Below, one piece after another: positions 62,155-64,000 of a DNA stretch of 64,000 nucleotides. The position numbers and the translations under genes are program-made. The stretch lies in NCBI GenBank assembly GCA_016193395.1, contig JACPSH010000001.1, forward strand, positions 15,895 through 79,894, read 5' to 3'. The first letter of the stretch is position 1, and each line of letters opens with the position of its first letter. The DNA is from Gammaproteobacteria bacterium (GTDB lineage: Bacteria > Pseudomonadota > Gammaproteobacteria > Eutrophobiales > Eutrophobiaceae). Under the pieces are notes generated by a model that was given only the letters and a program-made list of their open reading frames with translations, did not search any database and had not been told where the DNA came from.

Positions 62155-62414
62155 GCTTTCGGATCGAATACTTGGAAAGTGTTGTTCGGGAAGATATCCC
62201 TCGCCTGTCCAAATCGGCGAAGGAACAGGTTCGTAAGGCTGTTGAACGCAAGCTCACCATACACCCTTTCGAGTTTGGGAAGCCCCTCCGGTATAGTTTT
62301 AAAGGGGCCCGACGTCTGCGGGTTGGCGATTATCGAGTGATCTACAGAATTGAACCTCCCGACGTTGTCTTGATTGTGAAAATCGGGCATCGTCGAGAGG
62401 TCTACGAAGACTAA
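62151..62414 (+). CDS. RelE/ParE-family toxin
   Basis: The 87-aa protein reads …RLRVGDYRVIYRIEPPDVVLIVKIGHRREVYED. It has a TTG start overlapping the antitoxin stop (TTGA). Confidence 0.65.
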   Translation: MSFRIEYLESVVREDIPRLSKSAKEQVRKAVERKLTIHPFEFGKPLRYSFKGARRLRVGDYRVIYRIEPPDVVLIVKIGHRREVYED

Positions 62415-62453
62415 AAGCTTGGCCCCGAATGTGTGTTCACGGGGAGAAAAATC

Positions 62454-63002
62454 TCAAGTCCTCCAGAACCGTTCCATCTCCAGGAAAGTGAAGGACGCCG
62501 ACCAGGTGATCAGCACGAATCCGGATAGCGCTTCCACGCCCGCCAGGAACCGCACCGCCCCCGTCGGCACCACGTCGCCCAGGCCGAGCGTCGTGTAGCA
62601 CACCGCCGAGAAATAGATGGAATCGAGGAAGCCGACTGTGTAACCGGCGACCAGCGCGCCGTAACCCTGAAAGGCAGTCAGAACGTAGTACGCACTGCCG
62701 AACACCCAGATATCCGCGACGTGGATCAGCAGGATCGAGAAAATCAGAAGCAGGATCTTCGGCCGCTGCGGCATGTGCACGCGTTTGAGGAGGCCGGTCA
62801 AAAGGCTGAACGCCTCGTAATGCATCAGGACGCAGAGGACGACCACGAACGTCGTGACCGCGACGACTACCCAGCGGTTTCCCCAGGTTTCTCCCTGCAT
62901 GGCCTGTGCGACGGCGGCGAACGACACGGTGCATAGCAGAAACGCCGCCGGGAGGCTCGACAGGGCGCGCGGACCGCGGGCTTGCCGTTTGTCAGTGTTC
63001 AC
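62454..63002 (-). CDS. two-TM potassium-channel-like protein
   Basis: The protein has a selectivity-filter-like TTLGLGD between two TM helices. The start is uncertain; it could be the GTG at 63002 or the ATG at 62900. Confidence 0.55.
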   Translation of the reverse strand: MNTDKRQARGPRALSSLPAAFLLCTVSFAAVAQAMQGETWGNRWVVVAVTTFVVVLCVLMHYEAFSLLTGLLKRVHMPQRPKILLLIFSILLIHVADIWVFGSAYYVLTAFQGYGALVAGYTVGFLDSIYFSAVCYTTLGLGDVVPTGAVRFLAGVEALSGFVLITWSASFTFLEMERFWRT

Positions 63003-63026
63003 GGGAGTCGCCTCGCCGTAGTGGAT

Positions 63027-64000
63027 TCAGTTGCGAGCGGGAACCGCGGGCAGCGCGGTCTCCATGATGTCGCGATCGATGCCGATGCTCTTCACCAGTG
63101 CATACACCTCGCATCCGGTCGCAAGCTGCAATTCCCGCACCGAGGGACGCGTCACGCGCGCCACCAGCGTGGCATGGCCCACCGCCATCTTGATCTCGGC
63201 GAATGCGCCGACCGTATCCGCCAGTTCGACGATCCTGGCGCGCAGGATGTTGCGGATGCTGATCCCCGCCGGGCGCTCCGTCGCGATGGAGACGTCGCGC
63301 GCCCGGATCCTCACCCGGAACGGGGCGCCGACCGGCAGCGCGATGCGCGGGACCTGCAGGACGCCGCCGTCAAAACGCAGCATGGTGAGGCCGTCCTCGT
63401 CGGCATGCGCTTCCACGATCGTATGGATCAACGCGCCGGCTTCCTGCCGGCCCGCGATTGCATACAGATCGATCCGGCCGAGCACGTCCTCCGCTGACCC
63501 GACTCCGGTGACGGCGCCATCGTGCAGCATGACCACCGTGTCGGCCAGCCGCGCGACCTCCTCGAGCATGTGGCTGACATAGACGATCACGAGCTTGAAC
63601 TCGTCGCGCAGCCGTTCGATATAGGGAAGGATTTCCGCCTTGCGCGGCGCATCCAGGGAGGCCAGCGGTTCGTCCATCAACAGGGCCGCCGGACTGCTGA
63701 GCAGCGCCCGGCCGATGGCGACTCGCTGCTGTTCGCCGCCCGAGAGCGCGCCCGGCCTGCGCTGGAGCAGGGGAGCAATGCCGAGCAGTTGCACGACCTG
63801 ATCGAAATCGACATAACGCTCCGCGGGTGGTGCAAGACGCCAGCCGTACAACAGGTTGCCGCGCACGGTCAGGTGCGGAAACAGACGCGCGTCCTGGAAC
63901 ACGCAGGCGAGGCGCCGGACGTGGACCGGCACATCAACGCCGGATCCACTGTCGAAGAGCACCCGCCCATTCACTTCGACGCGCCCGCGATCGGGCCGCA
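63027..64000 (-). CDS. modC: molybdate ABC transporter ATP-binding protein (partial; N-terminus beyond window)
   Basis: The protein has the signature LSGGEQQRVAIGRAL and a Walker B motif (LLMDEPLASLD). It has a C-terminal TOBE/Mop domain. The reading frame stays open to the window edge. Confidence 0.8.
   Translation of the reverse strand, partial: RPDRGRVEVNGRVLFDSGSGVDVPVHVRRLACVFQDARLFPHLTVRGNLLYGWRLAPPAERYVDFDQVVQLLGIAPLLQRRPGALSGGEQQRVAIGRALLSSPAALLMDEPLASLDAPRKAEILPYIERLRDEFKLVIVYVSHMLEEVARLADTVVMLHDGAVTGVGSAEDVLGRIDLYAIAGRQEAGALIHTIVEAHADEDGLTMLRFDGGVLQVPRIALPVGAPFRVRIRARDVSIATERPAGISIRNILRARIVELADTVGAFAEIKMAVGHATLVARVTRPSVRELQLATGCEVYALVKSIGIDRDIMETALPAVPARN

Overview
This is a high-GC Gram-negative chromosomal window, and its gene order (lptD-surA-pdxA-rsmA, divergent metG/apbC, dcd) looks proteobacterial. 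All gene calls rest on my own reading of the supplied ORF translations and the raw sequence; I ran no searches. Many ORFs in the track are antisense or overlapping and are ordinary artefacts of GC-rich DNA.

The housekeeping backbone, in order, is:
- a porin followed by two tandem glnK-amt pairs
- a gene with two cNMP-binding domains and a rhodanese domain
- aroE
- rsmA-pdxA-surA-lptD, with lptD broken by a frameshift
- rnfABCDG with no rnfE
- metG, apbC and dcd
- cysG, aspA, a GNAT acetyltransferase, msrB, lexA, a DUF484 gene, an ABC exporter, a Sel1-repeat gene and mltF
- tdh-kbl-gcvTHP
- a RelBE-like toxin-antitoxin pair, a K+ channel and a partial modC

The most notable loci are:
- An operon (about 24.3-32.1 kb) that looks like a group-4 hydrogenase or complex I (HyfB/HycD/HyfE/HyfF, large and small subunits). 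Its large subunit has Ser in place of three of the four NiFe-ligating Cys, and there are no HyfA/HyfH/HycF ferredoxin subunits. This matches an Ehr-type 'energy-converting hydrogenase-related' complex. It has an XRE regulator as first gene and an AT-rich hairpin and tandem-repeat element inside it.
- An apparently horizontally acquired island (about 43.1-55.0 kb) next to tRNA-Ser. It has a tRNA-derived fragment, a duplicated tRNA 3' end and an IS3 element. Its cargo is an ECF sigma/FecR/TonB-dependent transducer trio, a D-aminopeptidase-like S12 hydrolase, an MFS transporter and an enolase-superfamily dipeptide epimerase, bracketed by one full and one truncated XRE-cupin regulator. I propose it is a D-amino-acid-peptide scavenging system controlled by cell-surface signalling.
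- A four-helix-bundle 'intervening-sequence' gene inserted between apbC and dcd, flanked by inverted tandem repeats.
- An uncharacterised 645-aa protein with an ATP-grasp-like C-terminus.
- Two families of dispersed perfect palindromes.
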